A stretch of DNA of 64,000 bases from Spirochaetia bacterium (GCA_965203905.1 CBDBDQ010000005.1:6272001-6336000); one strand, 5' to 3'. Positions 20,014 to 30,727 are shown, counted from the stretch's first letter. Numbers and translations are program-made. Notes: a model not told the origin generated them from the letters alone.

Positions 20014-21123
20014 CTACTTGTAGGGATCGGCGGCGTCGCGCAGGCCGTCTCCAAGAAAGTTGAACATCAACACCGCGCCCACCACGAACAGAGCCGGAAA
20101 CATCAGCCAGGGGTAGAGCACCACGGTCTGAATGTTTTGCGCGTCCTGCAGCAGGGTTCCCCAACTGACGGCCGGCGGCCGGATCCCCATGCCCAGAAAG
20201 CTCAACGCGGTTTCGCCGAGGATCATGCGCGGGATCGCCAGGGTCAGGTGCACGATCAGGTAGCTCATGAACGACGGAATCAGGTGCGCCACGATCACCC
20301 GCCGCTGGCGCGCGCCCGAGACCCGCGCCGCCATCACGAAGTCGGCCTCGCGCAGCTCCAGCAGCTTGCCGCGCACGACCCGCGCCAACCCGGTCCAACC
20401 GATAATGGACAGGATCATGGTTACCGCGAAATAGACCTTGATCGAGCCCCAGTCGTGCGGCAGTGCCGCCGCCAGCCCCATCCACACCGGGATGGTCGGC
20501 AACGAGATCAGGAAATCGATGACGCGCTGAATGATGTTGTCGATGGTGCCGCCGTAGTAACCCGAAACCCCGCCCAGGATAAGGCCCAGCAGGAAGCTCA
20601 CGACGACGCCCACCAGCCCCACGGAGAGCGACACCCGTGCCGCGTAGAGGTTGCGCGTGAGCAGGTCGCGACCGAAGTTGTCCGCGCCCAGCAGCATCAC
20701 CGGCCCGGCCTTGGAACCGAACAGGTGCAGGTTCCCCGGAATCAGTCCCCACAACCGGTACTCGGCGCCACGTACCAGCAGGCGCAGCGGCACCACCTGT
20801 TCCCGGTCGACGGTGTAGAGCTTCTGCAGGGTCAACTGGTCGATCGACTGCCGGTACGCGTACACGAACGGAGTGCGGATCCGACCCTCGTGGATGAAGC
20901 GAATGCGCTGCGGCGGCGAGTACGCCAGCAGCCGCACGCGTTCCCAGGGCACGCTGGGCGCGAAGAATTCCGGAAACAGGCCGGTAACGTAGAACAGCGC
21001 CAGCACGGCGCCTCCCACCACCGCCAGGTGATGACGCTTGAACTTGCGCCACATGAGCTGCCACTGGGTGGCAACGAAGTACTGCTCCTGACGCGCCTCG
21101 AGCAGCTCGGCGGCAGAACTCAT
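20014..21123 (-). CDS. ABC permease (OppC-like), paralog of 16291..17433
   Basis: YFVATQWQLMWRKF...GDGLRDAADPY. Confidence 0.9.
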   Translation of the reverse strand: MSSAAELLEARQEQYFVATQWQLMWRKFKRHHLAVVGGAVLALFYVTGLFPEFFAPSVPWERVRLLAYSPPQRIRFIHEGRIRTPFVYAYRQSIDQLTLQKLYTVDREQVVPLRLLVRGAEYRLWGLIPGNLHLFGSKAGPVMLLGADNFGRDLLTRNLYAARVSLSVGLVGVVVSFLLGLILGGVSGYYGGTIDNIIQRVIDFLISLPTIPVWMGLAAALPHDWGSIKVYFAVTMILSIIGWTGLARVVRGKLLELREADFVMAARVSGARQRRVIVAHLIPSFMSYLIVHLTLAIPRMILGETALSFLGMGIRPPAVSWGTLLQDAQNIQTVVLYPWLMFPALFVVGAVLMFNFLGDGLRDAADPYK

Positions 21124-22115
21124 GCCTGCACCGCCTCGAAGCGGATGCGGGGATCGACCCACACCAGCAGCAGATCCGAAATCAGGGTACCGATAACCGT
21201 CAGGAAACTGAGCAGCATGATGGTGCTCCCGGCGAGGAACATGTCCTGCGACAGCAGCGAGTTGAACACCAGGGGGCCGATGGTGGGCAGCCCCAGCACG
21301 ATGGCGACTATGGTCTCCCCCGAGACGATCTCCGGCAGCAGCCATCCCACGGTGCTGATGATCGGGTTCACCGCCACCCGTACCGGATACTTGAACAGCA
21401 GGCGCTGCTCCGCCAGTCCCTTGGCGCGGGCGGTGATGACGTACTGCCTGCTCAACTCGTCGAGCAGCGATCCGCGCAGCACGCGGATGAGCCCGGCGGT
21501 GCCCGCGGTGCCCAGCACAATGATCGGTACCGGCAGATGCCCAAGCAGGTCGAGGAATTTGGCGAAGCTCCACGGCGCGTTGACGTACTGGATCGAGAAC
21601 AGTCCGCCGATGTTGAGGTCGAACAGGTAGAAGAACAGCATCATCAGCACCAGCGCCAGCAGGAAATTCGGCGTCGCCAGGCCGAAGAAGCCGAACACCG
21701 TGAACCCGTAGTCGGCAACCGAGTATTGATGGGTGGCCGAGTAGATCCCGATCGGCACGGCAACGACGTAGACGAACAGCAGCGACAGCACCGAGATCAG
21801 GACGGTCATCGGCAGCCGCTCCTGCAGCAGATCACTCACCGGGCGCCGGTAGGAGAACGACCAACCCATGTCTCCGCGGACGATCTTGCCCATCCAGCGC
21901 AGGTACTGGGCGTAGAGCGGGCGGTCGAGGCCGTACTGGTGGCGCAACGCCTCGACCTCAGCCTGATCGACCGAGGTTCCGCGCATCTGCAGCGCCGCGA
22001 TGTAATCGGTCAGAAAGTCGCCGGGCGGAAGCTGAATGATGGCGAATCCACACACGGAGACCGCAACCAGCACCAGGATCATCACGGCTATGCGCCGCAG
22101 CACGTATTCAAGCAT
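21120..22115 (-). CDS. ABC permease (OppB-like), paralog of 15294..16289
   Basis: IIQLPPGD, YVITARAKG, DPRIRFEAV. Confidence 0.9.
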   Translation of the reverse strand: MLEYVLRRIAVMILVLVAVSVCGFAIIQLPPGDFLTDYIAALQMRGTSVDQAEVEALRHQYGLDRPLYAQYLRWMGKIVRGDMGWSFSYRRPVSDLLQERLPMTVLISVLSLLFVYVVAVPIGIYSATHQYSVADYGFTVFGFFGLATPNFLLALVLMMLFFYLFDLNIGGLFSIQYVNAPWSFAKFLDLLGHLPVPIIVLGTAGTAGLIRVLRGSLLDELSRQYVITARAKGLAEQRLLFKYPVRVAVNPIISTVGWLLPEIVSGETIVAIVLGLPTIGPLVFNSLLSQDMFLAGSTIMLLSFLTVIGTLISDLLLVWVDPRIRFEAVQA

Positions 22116-22127
22116 GGAATGTTAGAG

Positions 22128-22160
22128 GAGGGCTGCGTTCCATGGGGACGCGCAGCCCTC
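22128..22160 (-). terminator. Stem-loop between SBP and permease
   Basis: GAGGGCTGCG...CGCAGCCCTC. Confidence 0.5.
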
Positions 22161-22181
22161 CGACAGGATGCGGGGACTACC

Positions 22182-24212
22182 CTACTCGAGGTACCACTGG
22201 AAGGCGCCGCTGAAGGCGTAGTACAGGTGCGGCAGCCGGTCCAGGTCGATGTTCTTCAGGTTGTTGCGCGCAAAGCGTACGTCGGGTCCCGGCGCGATGA
22301 CGCCAATGAACCAGAGGTTCTCGCCCAGGTTGGCCAGCGCGTCGTGACCGAGGCGCTGCCGTTCCGCATCATCCGCGGTCACCGGGATGGTACGCCACGC
22401 CTCGATGAACGCCTTGGCCTCGGGCGACGGCTCCTCTCCCTCCTCGCCGCCGGTGGAGTACCATTGGTGCCACAGGCGGGCCCAGAACCAGCCGCCGGAC
22501 CACCATTGCGGCCCGACCTCCGTGAGAAAGTACTCGCTCTCGTCGATGCCCCACACGGAGATCTGTGACTCGTTGGCGCGGAACTGGTCCCACAGGCCGG
22601 AGCGCGGGCCGGCGTCGTTGATCGACGCCTTGATGCCGACATCCCCCCAGTGGGAGATGACCAGCTCCATGGTGGGCGGGATGGACGCGCGCCGGTTGCC
22701 GGCGATGGTGATGATCAGTTCCAGCGGCGTCCCGTCGGGGCGCAGCCGCATGCCGTCGGCGTCGACCGGAATGCCGAGCTCATCCAGCAGACGCTTGGCG
22801 AGTTCCGGATCGTGGGCGATGTAGTTCTCCTGGTAGTCGAGCGCGCCATAGGCGGCCTGCGCCTGGATCGCCGCCCCACGCGGCGTGCCCACGCCCTGGA
22901 ACACCAGGTCGTTGATCTCGTCGCGGTTGATGGCGTGCGACAGGGCGTGCTTGAACTTCGGCGTGTTGAACAGCTCACGCAGAACCGGGTCCTCCACCGT
23001 GTGGTTGAGCAGGATCGTCACCTCGGTGGCGAACGGGTCGGTCACCGTGCGCTCCAGCGACACGCGATAGTCGTTGCGGTTGGCGTTCTGCATGAACACG
23101 GGGAACTTGTTGATGGTCATGCTGCCGCCGTAGATGCCGGCGCCCACGTCCTGCTCGCCGCTGATCGCCTTGGCCGCTACCAGCTCGGTGCTGCCGGCGA
23201 GCTGCCCCAGCACGTGATCGAGGTAGGGAAGCTGGTTGCCGGCGGTATCGATCTTCCAGTAGTAGGGGTTGCGAGTGATCAGCACGTGGTCCAGGGCCAC
23301 GGTCTCGGCATACCAGGGGTCCACCACCGGCAGTCCCTCGGCGTAGGCGTCGTCACTGTAGCGGCGCTTGGACGCATACAGCTGGTACCACTCCTCGAAG
23401 CCCGCCTCCTTGGCCATTTCGCCGGCCTTGTCGTTGTGGTCGATGTGGAACTGCTTGACGTAGTGGCTGGGTTCGAACGGGCCGTTCTTCTGGGTCCCGG
23501 TGCCCGCGCGGTCGGAGAGCAGGTGCACGAATCCCGGCACCGGGGCAGAGAATTCGAAGTGCACGGTGGTGTCGTCGATCTTGCGCAGGCGCACGACTTC
23601 GCCGCCGGGCCGCCAGACGCTGCGTATCCGCGGGGTGAGGTCCTCGTTGTGCAGAACATCCTCGTACCAGAACATGAAGTCGTCGGCACCGAAGGGGGCG
23701 CCATCCGACCACTTCATGCCGGAACGGAGGTACAGCGTGAAGCTGCGGGCGTCGCTGGCCGCCTCCAGCCCCTTGGCGACGTTGGGCAGCACCTGCACCA
23801 GGTCCGGTCGCGCCTTGGCCAGCAGCTCCTCCAGGTGCATGTAGGACTGCGGACCCCAGAAGTCATCCGAACGCATCGTCACGTTGAGCTGACCACCCAG
23901 CTTGCCGATCCCTTCCAGCGGCTGCACCACCAGGGGTTCGTCGGAAATGCGCTCCTCCACCGGTGGCAGGTCGCCGGCGCTCACCATCGCGGCCAGCATC
24001 GGTGCCTCGCCGAAACTCGTGATCTGGTTGCCCGTGGCCGATTCGTAGTCGGCAAGCGTGGTCCAGCGTCCTTCTGCGGACAGCGGTCCGGCGCCCATCA
24101 TCGCGGTGCCGGCGGTAGTGCTGGTTCCGGCGCCCTCGCCCTCGCCGGCGGCGAAGGCCGGCAGCCCGGCCAGCGCGGCGATCAGCGCCGCGATCAGTAA
24201 CCGTTGTGACAT
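22182..24212 (-). CDS. ABC substrate-binding protein (family 5), paralog of 13183..15203
   Basis: Signal peptide; LPPVEERI, WSDGAPF, RNPYYWKIDTAGNQLPY; shared C-terminus FQWYLE. Confidence 0.9.
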   Translation of the reverse strand: MSQRLLIAALIAALAGLPAFAAGEGEGAGTSTTAGTAMMGAGPLSAEGRWTTLADYESATGNQITSFGEAPMLAAMVSAGDLPPVEERISDEPLVVQPLEGIGKLGGQLNVTMRSDDFWGPQSYMHLEELLAKARPDLVQVLPNVAKGLEAASDARSFTLYLRSGMKWSDGAPFGADDFMFWYEDVLHNEDLTPRIRSVWRPGGEVVRLRKIDDTTVHFEFSAPVPGFVHLLSDRAGTGTQKNGPFEPSHYVKQFHIDHNDKAGEMAKEAGFEEWYQLYASKRRYSDDAYAEGLPVVDPWYAETVALDHVLITRNPYYWKIDTAGNQLPYLDHVLGQLAGSTELVAAKAISGEQDVGAGIYGGSMTINKFPVFMQNANRNDYRVSLERTVTDPFATEVTILLNHTVEDPVLRELFNTPKFKHALSHAINRDEINDLVFQGVGTPRGAAIQAQAAYGALDYQENYIAHDPELAKRLLDELGIPVDADGMRLRPDGTPLELIITIAGNRRASIPPTMELVISHWGDVGIKASINDAGPRSGLWDQFRANESQISVWGIDESEYFLTEVGPQWWSGGWFWARLWHQWYSTGGEEGEEPSPEAKAFIEAWRTIPVTADDAERQRLGHDALANLGENLWFIGVIAPGPDVRFARNNLKNIDLDRLPHLYYAFSGAFQWYLE

Positions 24213-24229
24213 CGTCTCTACCCTCCTAG

Positions 24230-26090
24230 GAGTCTGTCGGAATCAGCTTCATGGGGTGAGGACCTGCTGATCCACGGGGAGCGACGCTGGCTGCCGGCTG
24301 GGGGCGCGAGCGCTTGGTTGCGCTCTCAGTAGTGCCCAAGCGGGCCCTCCGAGAGTGATTGAGGCCCTTCGGCAGTGATCGGGACTCCAGAACTGCTCGC
24401 CAGGGTGGCCTGGACGCTCTCTCGGGCTCCACTGTTGGTTGGTCGCGACCCACTTATCTCCCCTATCCTCCTACCAGGACATACAGCCGCTTCAGATTCC
24501 ACGCCGTGCACACCAGAGACCATTCGCCCTCGGCGCCGCGTAATCCGCGCAGCTGGAAGCGCCGGAATCCCAACACCTCCTTGATCACCCCGAATACCGT
24601 CTCCACCGTGGCCTTGCGCTTGCCATAGATCGCCTTGCCTTCAGGCGTCTGCATACGATGCTGCATCGCCGTCACCGCATCCGCATCCGCAGGACATTCC
24701 GGGGGCGCCTTCATACGTTCTTCCAGTGTCTGGTTGTGGCGTTCTCGGCTTCCCGCGATATATGGGTCAATGCCCTCCTCCACGCACTTCTCCACGTTTT
24801 CTTTGCTGTGGTACCCGGCGTCCGCTACCAGCGCCTCCGGCTTCCCCAGTATATCTTCCACTTTCCCCAACTCGGTCAACGCTGGCTCCACTTCCTGCTT
24901 GTCGTTGGTCGCTTGGCTGACGTGGTTCCCTACTACCATATGGCTGCCATGATCTACCACCGCTTGCGCGTTGTAGCCCTGCACGAATTCCCCGTTCGCA
25001 CCCGGCATGATCCGCGATTCTTCATCCGTGAAGTTCACTTGATCTTTCTCTTTCGGTCCTGCTTCCGGTTCTTTCGGCGGTCGCCCTCCCATCTTCTTGC
25101 CGGTCTTTGCCTCTCGCTCCTGGCGCCGCTTCAGCTTCTCTTCATACTCCGCTCGCTCCCTCTCGTGGCGCTCTTGGGCGCGCTCGGTGATCTTCTCCTG
25201 CGCTTCCCGTATCCCCGCCAGACGCTCCTCCCGGCGCTTCAATTCCTCCGGGATATCCAGCTCCTGCTGCTCCTGTTCCGTGTTCTCGTCCGCTTCCTCC
25301 GCCCGTTTCAGCAGCTTCTCCACCTCTCCCTGCAACTGCCGCTCCAGCTTGTTCGCATGCCCCCAGCTCATCGCTTTGTGCTTGCTCGCGTTCCCCTGCA
25401 TCTTGCTGCCGTCCAGGCTCACCGTCCCCACCCGGAGCGCTCCCAGCTCCGCCGCCAACTCCAGTATCTGCTTGAACAGTTCTTGCAACTGCGACAGAAA
25501 CCGTTTCCGAAAGTTCGCTATCGTGGCATGGTCAGGATGCTCGTCTCCAGTGATGTAACGAACCGCTACCGAGTCGTACGTGGCCTGCTCCAGCTTACGG
25601 CTGGAGAACACCCCGGTGGCGTAGCCGTAGAACAACAGGGCCACCAGCAGGGCCGGATGATAGGCTCGCTTGCCGCCACTACCGGCGTACTGACTGGTTA
25701 TTTCACCGAGATCGAGTTGGTCTACGATATCCACTACAAAACGCGCCAGATGCTGTTCCGGTAGCCACTCCTGAATGGACGCCGGCAGGAACATCGGCGT
25801 GTCTCGATCAAGTGGGCGAAAGTCGTCTGCCATGAGCACCCCAGATACTGATTATGGAGCTCCAAGACTATCCGAAATCAGAAGCCGATGTCCAGCCAAA
25901 ACTGCAGGAGATCAGCCAACCAATGTTCGCCTCTTGATGAGTGCCCACTACTTCCCCGTGGCCATGTTCTCTGGCACTGGGTAGCACCATCCAACGATCT
26001 GTGACAGCATGGGTTCATGCAGCCGCTATCCACTCCCGGAACCGTCCCAGCACCCCGTCGCCTGCTCCGCGCGGCCAATCCGACAGACTC
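24230..26090 (-). mobile_element. IS1182-family insertion sequence
   Basis: TIRs GAGTCTGTCGGAAT (24230) / AATCCGACAGACTC (26077-26090); CTAG on both sides (24226-24229, 26091-26094). Confidence 0.85.
24463..25833 (-). CDS. IS1182-family transposase
   Basis: EWLPEQHLARFV, FSSRKLEQ, PDHATIANFR, GYNAQ, ADAGY, VETVFGVIK. Confidence 0.9.
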   Translation of the reverse strand: MADDFRPLDRDTPMFLPASIQEWLPEQHLARFVVDIVDQLDLGEITSQYAGSGGKRAYHPALLVALLFYGYATGVFSSRKLEQATYDSVAVRYITGDEHPDHATIANFRKRFLSQLQELFKQILELAAELGALRVGTVSLDGSKMQGNASKHKAMSWGHANKLERQLQGEVEKLLKRAEEADENTEQEQQELDIPEELKRREERLAGIREAQEKITERAQERHERERAEYEEKLKRRQEREAKTGKKMGGRPPKEPEAGPKEKDQVNFTDEESRIMPGANGEFVQGYNAQAVVDHGSHMVVGNHVSQATNDKQEVEPALTELGKVEDILGKPEALVADAGYHSKENVEKCVEEGIDPYIAGSRERHNQTLEERMKAPPECPADADAVTAMQHRMQTPEGKAIYGKRKATVETVFGVIKEVLGFRRFQLRGLRGAEGEWSLVCTAWNLKRLYVLVGG

Positions 26091-26260
26091 CTAGGGATTG
26101 GAAGTACCCGCCAGGATACTCCGCTCACGCCGGATGTCAAACCACGCGGCGGTGTATGCCTCACGGCACCGACCCAGTCGCTTCCCCCTACGGGCCCCGC
26201 ACGTGGTTCGCGGGACGTTTGTCCCGGGTGCCGCCTGCGCGTCCTCACGAAGGGCGCTTA

Positions 26261-28149
26261 GGGCCGGCGCAAATATAAATCCCTGTAGATAGACGTAATC
26301 AAGCCGTTACGTATAGGCTGAATGGTTAGATGGACGGCTTTGGAGGCGTTATCCGTTGGATGTGGCTGCCCTTTATGGCACTATTACGATTATAGTATTC
26401 GTAATGGTGTCAGAATGAGACCTGCCCAGTACTCCAGCACCGCGCTCATCGACCTGTTCCATCAGCAGACCGTCACCACGCTGCCCGAGGTGATGGCGGC
26501 TCTCGGCACGCACGCCCGGCGCACCGCGTTCCGCAAGCTCAAGGAACTCCCCTACCGCTCCAGCTACTCCCATCGTGGCCGCTACTACACCCTCGACGAG
26601 TTCATCGACTTCGACCAACACGGGCTGTGGTCGTTCCACGACGTGCGCTTCTCGACCGCCGGCACGCTGCTCGCCACCATCGAAGCGAAGGTCAACGACG
26701 CTACGGCTGGACAGTTCAGCGAGGAGTTGGACCACCTGCTGCACGTCGGCACCCACGATGCCCTGCGCAAGCTGGTCCAGGAACGCAAGCTGAGCCGCCG
26801 GAAGGTTGCCGGTCAGTTCCTGTATTGCGCCGCCGATCGGACCCGCAAAGGGCAACAACTGAGCGCTCGGCGCGCCCTGCTGGCCGCCCCCGGACTGGTC
26901 GGACCGATACCGGATGGCGACCTCGTGCCCGCAGAACTGCGCGCCGCCATTGTGCTGTTCGCCAGCTTGCTCGACGAACGCCAGCGCCGCCTGTATGCCG
27001 GCCTGGAATCGCTGAAGTGCGGTTGGGGCGGCGACACCCGCATCGCAGCGCTGCTCGGTATCGACGCCGGTACCGTGGCCCGAGGACGCCAGCAACTGCT
27101 CTCCGGGGAGGTCGAGCGCCACCGCGTGCGCCGCCCCGGTGGCGGGCGCCATGCGGTGGAAAAAAACGCCCGAGGTGATCGCCGCGATCGAAACGATATT
27201 GCAACACGATGTCGCCGGCGATCCCATCACCGGGGTCCGTTGGACGCACCGTACCACCAACAAGATCGCCGACGAACTCGCCGCCGCCGGCATCCAGGTA
27301 TGTCCCAGAACCGTGGCTCGCATCCTCCACGGTCTCGGCTATCGGCTGCGCCTCAACCAGAAGCGGGTAGCGACCGGGTCCGGCCCGGACCGTGACCAGC
27401 AGTTCATCCATATCTCCGAACAGCGCACCAGGTTCGCCCAGTGCGACCTGCCAATCGTCAGCATCGATACCAAGAAGCGGGAACTGGTCGGCAACTTCAA
27501 GAATCCCGGTCGCGGCTGGACGAAAACTCCGCACGCCGTCAACGACCACGACTTCCGCTCCCAGGCCGACGGCATCGCCATCCCCTACGGCGTCTACGAC
27601 CTGCGCGCCAACCGCGGCTTCGTGGTGCTGGGAACCTCCCACGACACCCCCGACTTCGCCGCAGACAACCTGGTCAGATGGTGGCAACACGACGGGCTCG
27701 AACGCTACCCCGACGCTTCCGAGTTGCTGGTGCTCGCCGACTCAGGCGGCAGCAACGCACCCCGCATCCGTGCGTTCAAGTATGCCCTCCAGACCCGCCT
27801 CGCCGACCCCTACGGCCTCAAGGTCACCATCTGTCACTACCCCAGCGGCGCTTCCAAGTGGAACCCTATCGACCATCGCCTGTTCAGCGAGATCAGCAAG
27901 AACTGGGCCGGCCATCCGCTCCGCTGCTACGAAACGATTCTCAACCACATCCGCACCACCACCACTGCCACCGGGCTGCAGGTGAGCGCACTGCTGGTCG
28001 ACCAGGAGTACCCGCGCGGCGTCAAGATCACCGATGCCGAGTTCGCTTCCATCGCGCTTGAGCGTCACGACACCCAACCACTGCGCAACTACACCATCTG
28101 TCCGCGGTCTTGAACCGTCAGAAATCGGTATTTATTCTTGCGCCAGCCC
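26261..28149 (+). mobile_element. ISAzo13-family insertion sequence
   Basis: TIRs GGGCCGGCGCAAATATAAAT / ATTTATTCTTGCGCCAGCCC; TTA duplication at 26258-26260 and 28150-28152. Confidence 0.85.
26415..28113 (+). CDS. ISAzo13 transposase in two overlapping frames joined at an A7 slippery site
   Basis: ORF1 ...LDERQRRLYAG...RRPGGGR; AAAAAAA at 27160-27166; ORF2 AGDP...SIDTKKRE...DHDF...DSGGSN...SKWNPIDHRLF. Confidence 0.85.
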
Positions 28150-28556
28150 TTAGCGAACTCAGCAAGGGACCTGTCACTCTCTCTGGGTCTTCCCAGTTTG
28201 GTCCACTCGAGCATCGCACGCAAGAGCTCTGGAGTCGAATAGTCCTGGATGTCCTCTTCGGAAAAGCCAGCCGTGCGTTGGCTTTCGTAGTGCCATTCCT
28301 GAAAATCTTCGTATTCCGCTAATATGCGAGTGGCCCCGAGTCTCTCGAATCCGCCTATCCCAGTGATCCAGTTCCGTACCTTCCTTACGGCGGTTTCATG
28401 GTTTCCGTGATGTGCTTGAATGTCACTTCGCTCGGTCGCAATACGGGGTTGTAGTCCGAATCGAATCAGGCAGAAAAGGACAGCCTGAAGGATTGGTTCG
28501 TACTCTGAGTCAAACGGACAATTAATGAATACGTTTCGATTGAAATTTGGCGTCAA
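28150..28556 (-). pseudogene. 'NVFINCPFD' family protein (TIR/NDT-like fold, inferred) with an apparent internal in-frame deletion; frame runs into the IS
   Basis: NVFINCPFD...PRIATERSD is joined directly to IQAHHG...VRNW; the central HDLSR/NMPFELG segment I recall for this family is absent. Confidence 0.55.
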
Positions 28557-28568
28557 TCAGGGTACGGT

Positions 28569-28793
28569 CTATCCTTTTGGCGGAGACGCATCTTCCCCAT
28601 AGGAGTCCCGCTCACGGATGCGACCGTCCTTCCCATGTATGTACAATTCCGTACCCTGTCGCCGCGCAGTTTCCCGTGCGGCTTCTATAGCTTCGCGCTG
28701 CGTGTCGTAATGCCGTGTTACGCGATCTGCTCCGGACTTGCGTACCGCCCACTTACCATCTCGTGGCACGACGTGTTGTGCTTTGCCGCTCAT
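28569..28793 (-). CDS. DUF2188 family protein
   Basis: HVVP..GKWAV...TQREAI..AR...ELYIHGKDGRIRERDSYG. Confidence 0.9.
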   Translation of the reverse strand: MSGKAQHVVPRDGKWAVRKSGADRVTRHYDTQREAIEAARETARRQGTELYIHGKDGRIRERDSYGEDASPPKG

Positions 28794-28923
28794 TGGCCCT
28801 CCCGAACGATTACAGTTGGAGATTATATTACCCGTTATACGAAGGAATCTCCAGTACGCGTCGGCGTCTGCGGTGTCTGGTGGCGCCCACGGCCCGTGCG
28901 CGTCGCCGAGGTCTGTACTACCG

Positions 28924-30192
28924 CTACAGGCCGAGTGCCTGGTTCGCGGGGCGTTGGTAGGCGTCCAGGGTGCCGTCGATCACCTCGCTTAGGGTGACCG
29001 GCCGGCCGGCAGCCGACGACTCGTGGCAGGCGAGCACCAGCGCCACCGCGGACAGTCCCACCTCAGGGCCTACCTCCACCTCCGGCCCGCCGTCGGCGGC
29101 GTCCAGCAGCTCGGCGAGCTCCAGGGCCAGCAGCTTCAGGTCGGCGCCGCCGCCGAGACCGCCCTCGGCGTTGTCGTAGCGCGCCAGCCGCTCGCCGCCG
29201 AACAGGCGCGCCGTGCGCTCGTCGAGGGCGAAGTCGGGCACCAGCGCCAGCAGGTCGGCGTCGGCGAGTGTGCCCTCGTGGTCGTCACGGTACACCTGCA
29301 GCGGCCGGCCGCTGCGCACTCCCGGCAAGTCGATCTGCCCCTCGCTGCCGAACAGGGAGAAGCGGCGCACCCCCGGGCCGTGCACGGAATCGTCGTAGAG
29401 CCACTGGCCGAGTGCGCCGCTTGCGTGCTCCACCGTGGCCAGCAGCAGGTCGGGGGCGTCGGCCGGCGCCACTTCGGGGTTGGTGTGGGCGTAGTGGTCG
29501 TGGAACGCCTTCAGCGGAACGTCGCGGTACACCCGTTGCGGCTCGTTGAGCCGTACCCGTCCGCTCACCCGCGTGGCCGCCCCGGCCAGGTACTGCTGCA
29601 TGTCCGCGTTGTGCACCCCCGCCTCGAGGATGGGACCGCCCTCGGTACGCCGGTAGCGCCACGGCCCGGCATGGCCCGCGCTCCCACCGCCGCTGGCGGA
29701 GAGATCCACCAGCGAGCGCAGCTCACCGATGGCGCCGGCGGCAACCAGGGCCTGCGCCAGCCGGCTGATCGGGTCGCGGCGGTAGTTCTCGGCCACCGAC
29801 AGCACGCGGCCGCCCTGCGCGGCGGCGCGCTGCATGGCGCGGCAGGCCGCCACCGTGGGAGCCATCGGCTTCTCGCACAGCGCGTGCATACCGGCAGCCG
29901 CGGCCGCCTGTGCGATGCGGTGGTGCGCGGACGCCGCCGCCACGATGTCCACGACCTCCAGCTCCGGCACCGCCGCGGCGGCTTCCTCCACGGAACCGAA
30001 CGCCGCCGGCCTGCACCCAAGGAGCTGCTCCGCCTCGGCGGCCACGAACTCGGCGCGCTCCGGCTCGGGGTCGACCACCGCGGCCAGCTCCACGCGCCCC
30101 GGCTCCGCCTCGGCGAGCACCCGGTAACTGCGCAGGTGCCGGCGCCCCATGCCGCCGCAGCCGGCCAGCGCCAAGCGATGTAGTTTCGGCAT
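28924..30192 (-). CDS. Gfo/Idh/MocA oxidoreductase
   Basis: GCGGMG, LCEKPMA, AENYR. Confidence 0.85.
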   Translation of the reverse strand: MPKLHRLALAGCGGMGRRHLRSYRVLAEAEPGRVELAAVVDPEPERAEFVAAEAEQLLGCRPAAFGSVEEAAAAVPELEVVDIVAAASAHHRIAQAAAAAGMHALCEKPMAPTVAACRAMQRAAAQGGRVLSVAENYRRDPISRLAQALVAAGAIGELRSLVDLSASGGGSAGHAGPWRYRRTEGGPILEAGVHNADMQQYLAGAATRVSGRVRLNEPQRVYRDVPLKAFHDHYAHTNPEVAPADAPDLLLATVEHASGALGQWLYDDSVHGPGVRRFSLFGSEGQIDLPGVRSGRPLQVYRDDHEGTLADADLLALVPDFALDERTARLFGGERLARYDNAEGGLGGGADLKLLALELAELLDAADGGPEVEVGPEVGLSAVALVLACHESSAAGRPVTLSEVIDGTLDAYQRPANQALGL

Positions 30193-30389
30193 CTATCCCT
30201 CCTCGGCGCAGGGGCGAATCGAACTTGGCCGAGCCGTCCGCCGCAGCGCCCCTCATCGTACCTCGAACCGGGCAGCGGACGAACCCGGCGCCGAACCCTG
30301 TGGGATCGGCCGCCCGCGGGCTACGCTGCCCAGGTACCCGGCATCGGTCCCCTGACTTGCCTACCCACGAATTCTGCGGTAGGGTTCTA

Positions 30390-30417
30390 ATTGACCATAG
30401 TCATGTCCATGGTCAAT
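30390..30417. promoter_or_regulatory. Inverted repeat upstream of phd-vapC (candidate autoregulatory operator)
   Basis: ATTGACCAT-N10-ATGGTCAAT. Confidence 0.55.
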
Positions 30418-30442
30418 AAAGAGCATTCCAAGGTTACGCGCG

Positions 30443-30727
30443 ATGAGCACCAACGAACAACCAGCGGGCGAAGGACCGACGGTCGTCAAGGCGTCCGAAT
30501 TCAAGGCTACGTGTCTTCAGCTCATGGATCGAGTAGCGGAAACCGGCGCAGAGATCGTGATTACCAAGAACGGGCGCCCGGTGTCGCGGCTGGTCCCGTA
30601 CCGCACCAGGCCGCGCACCCTGTTCGGCATCGATCGCGGTAGAATCGAACTGGTTGGCGACATCATCGAGCCGGTAGACGTGGAGTGGGAAGCCCAACAC
30701 GGCCCACCGGGGAACGCGGGCCAGTGA
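30443..30727 (+). CDS. Phd/YefM antitoxin
   Basis: ASEFKATCLQLMDRV...IVITKNGRPV. Confidence 0.9.
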   Translation: MSTNEQPAGEGPTVVKASEFKATCLQLMDRVAETGAEIVITKNGRPVSRLVPYRTRPRTLFGIDRGRIELVGDIIEPVDVEWEAQHGPPGNAGQ

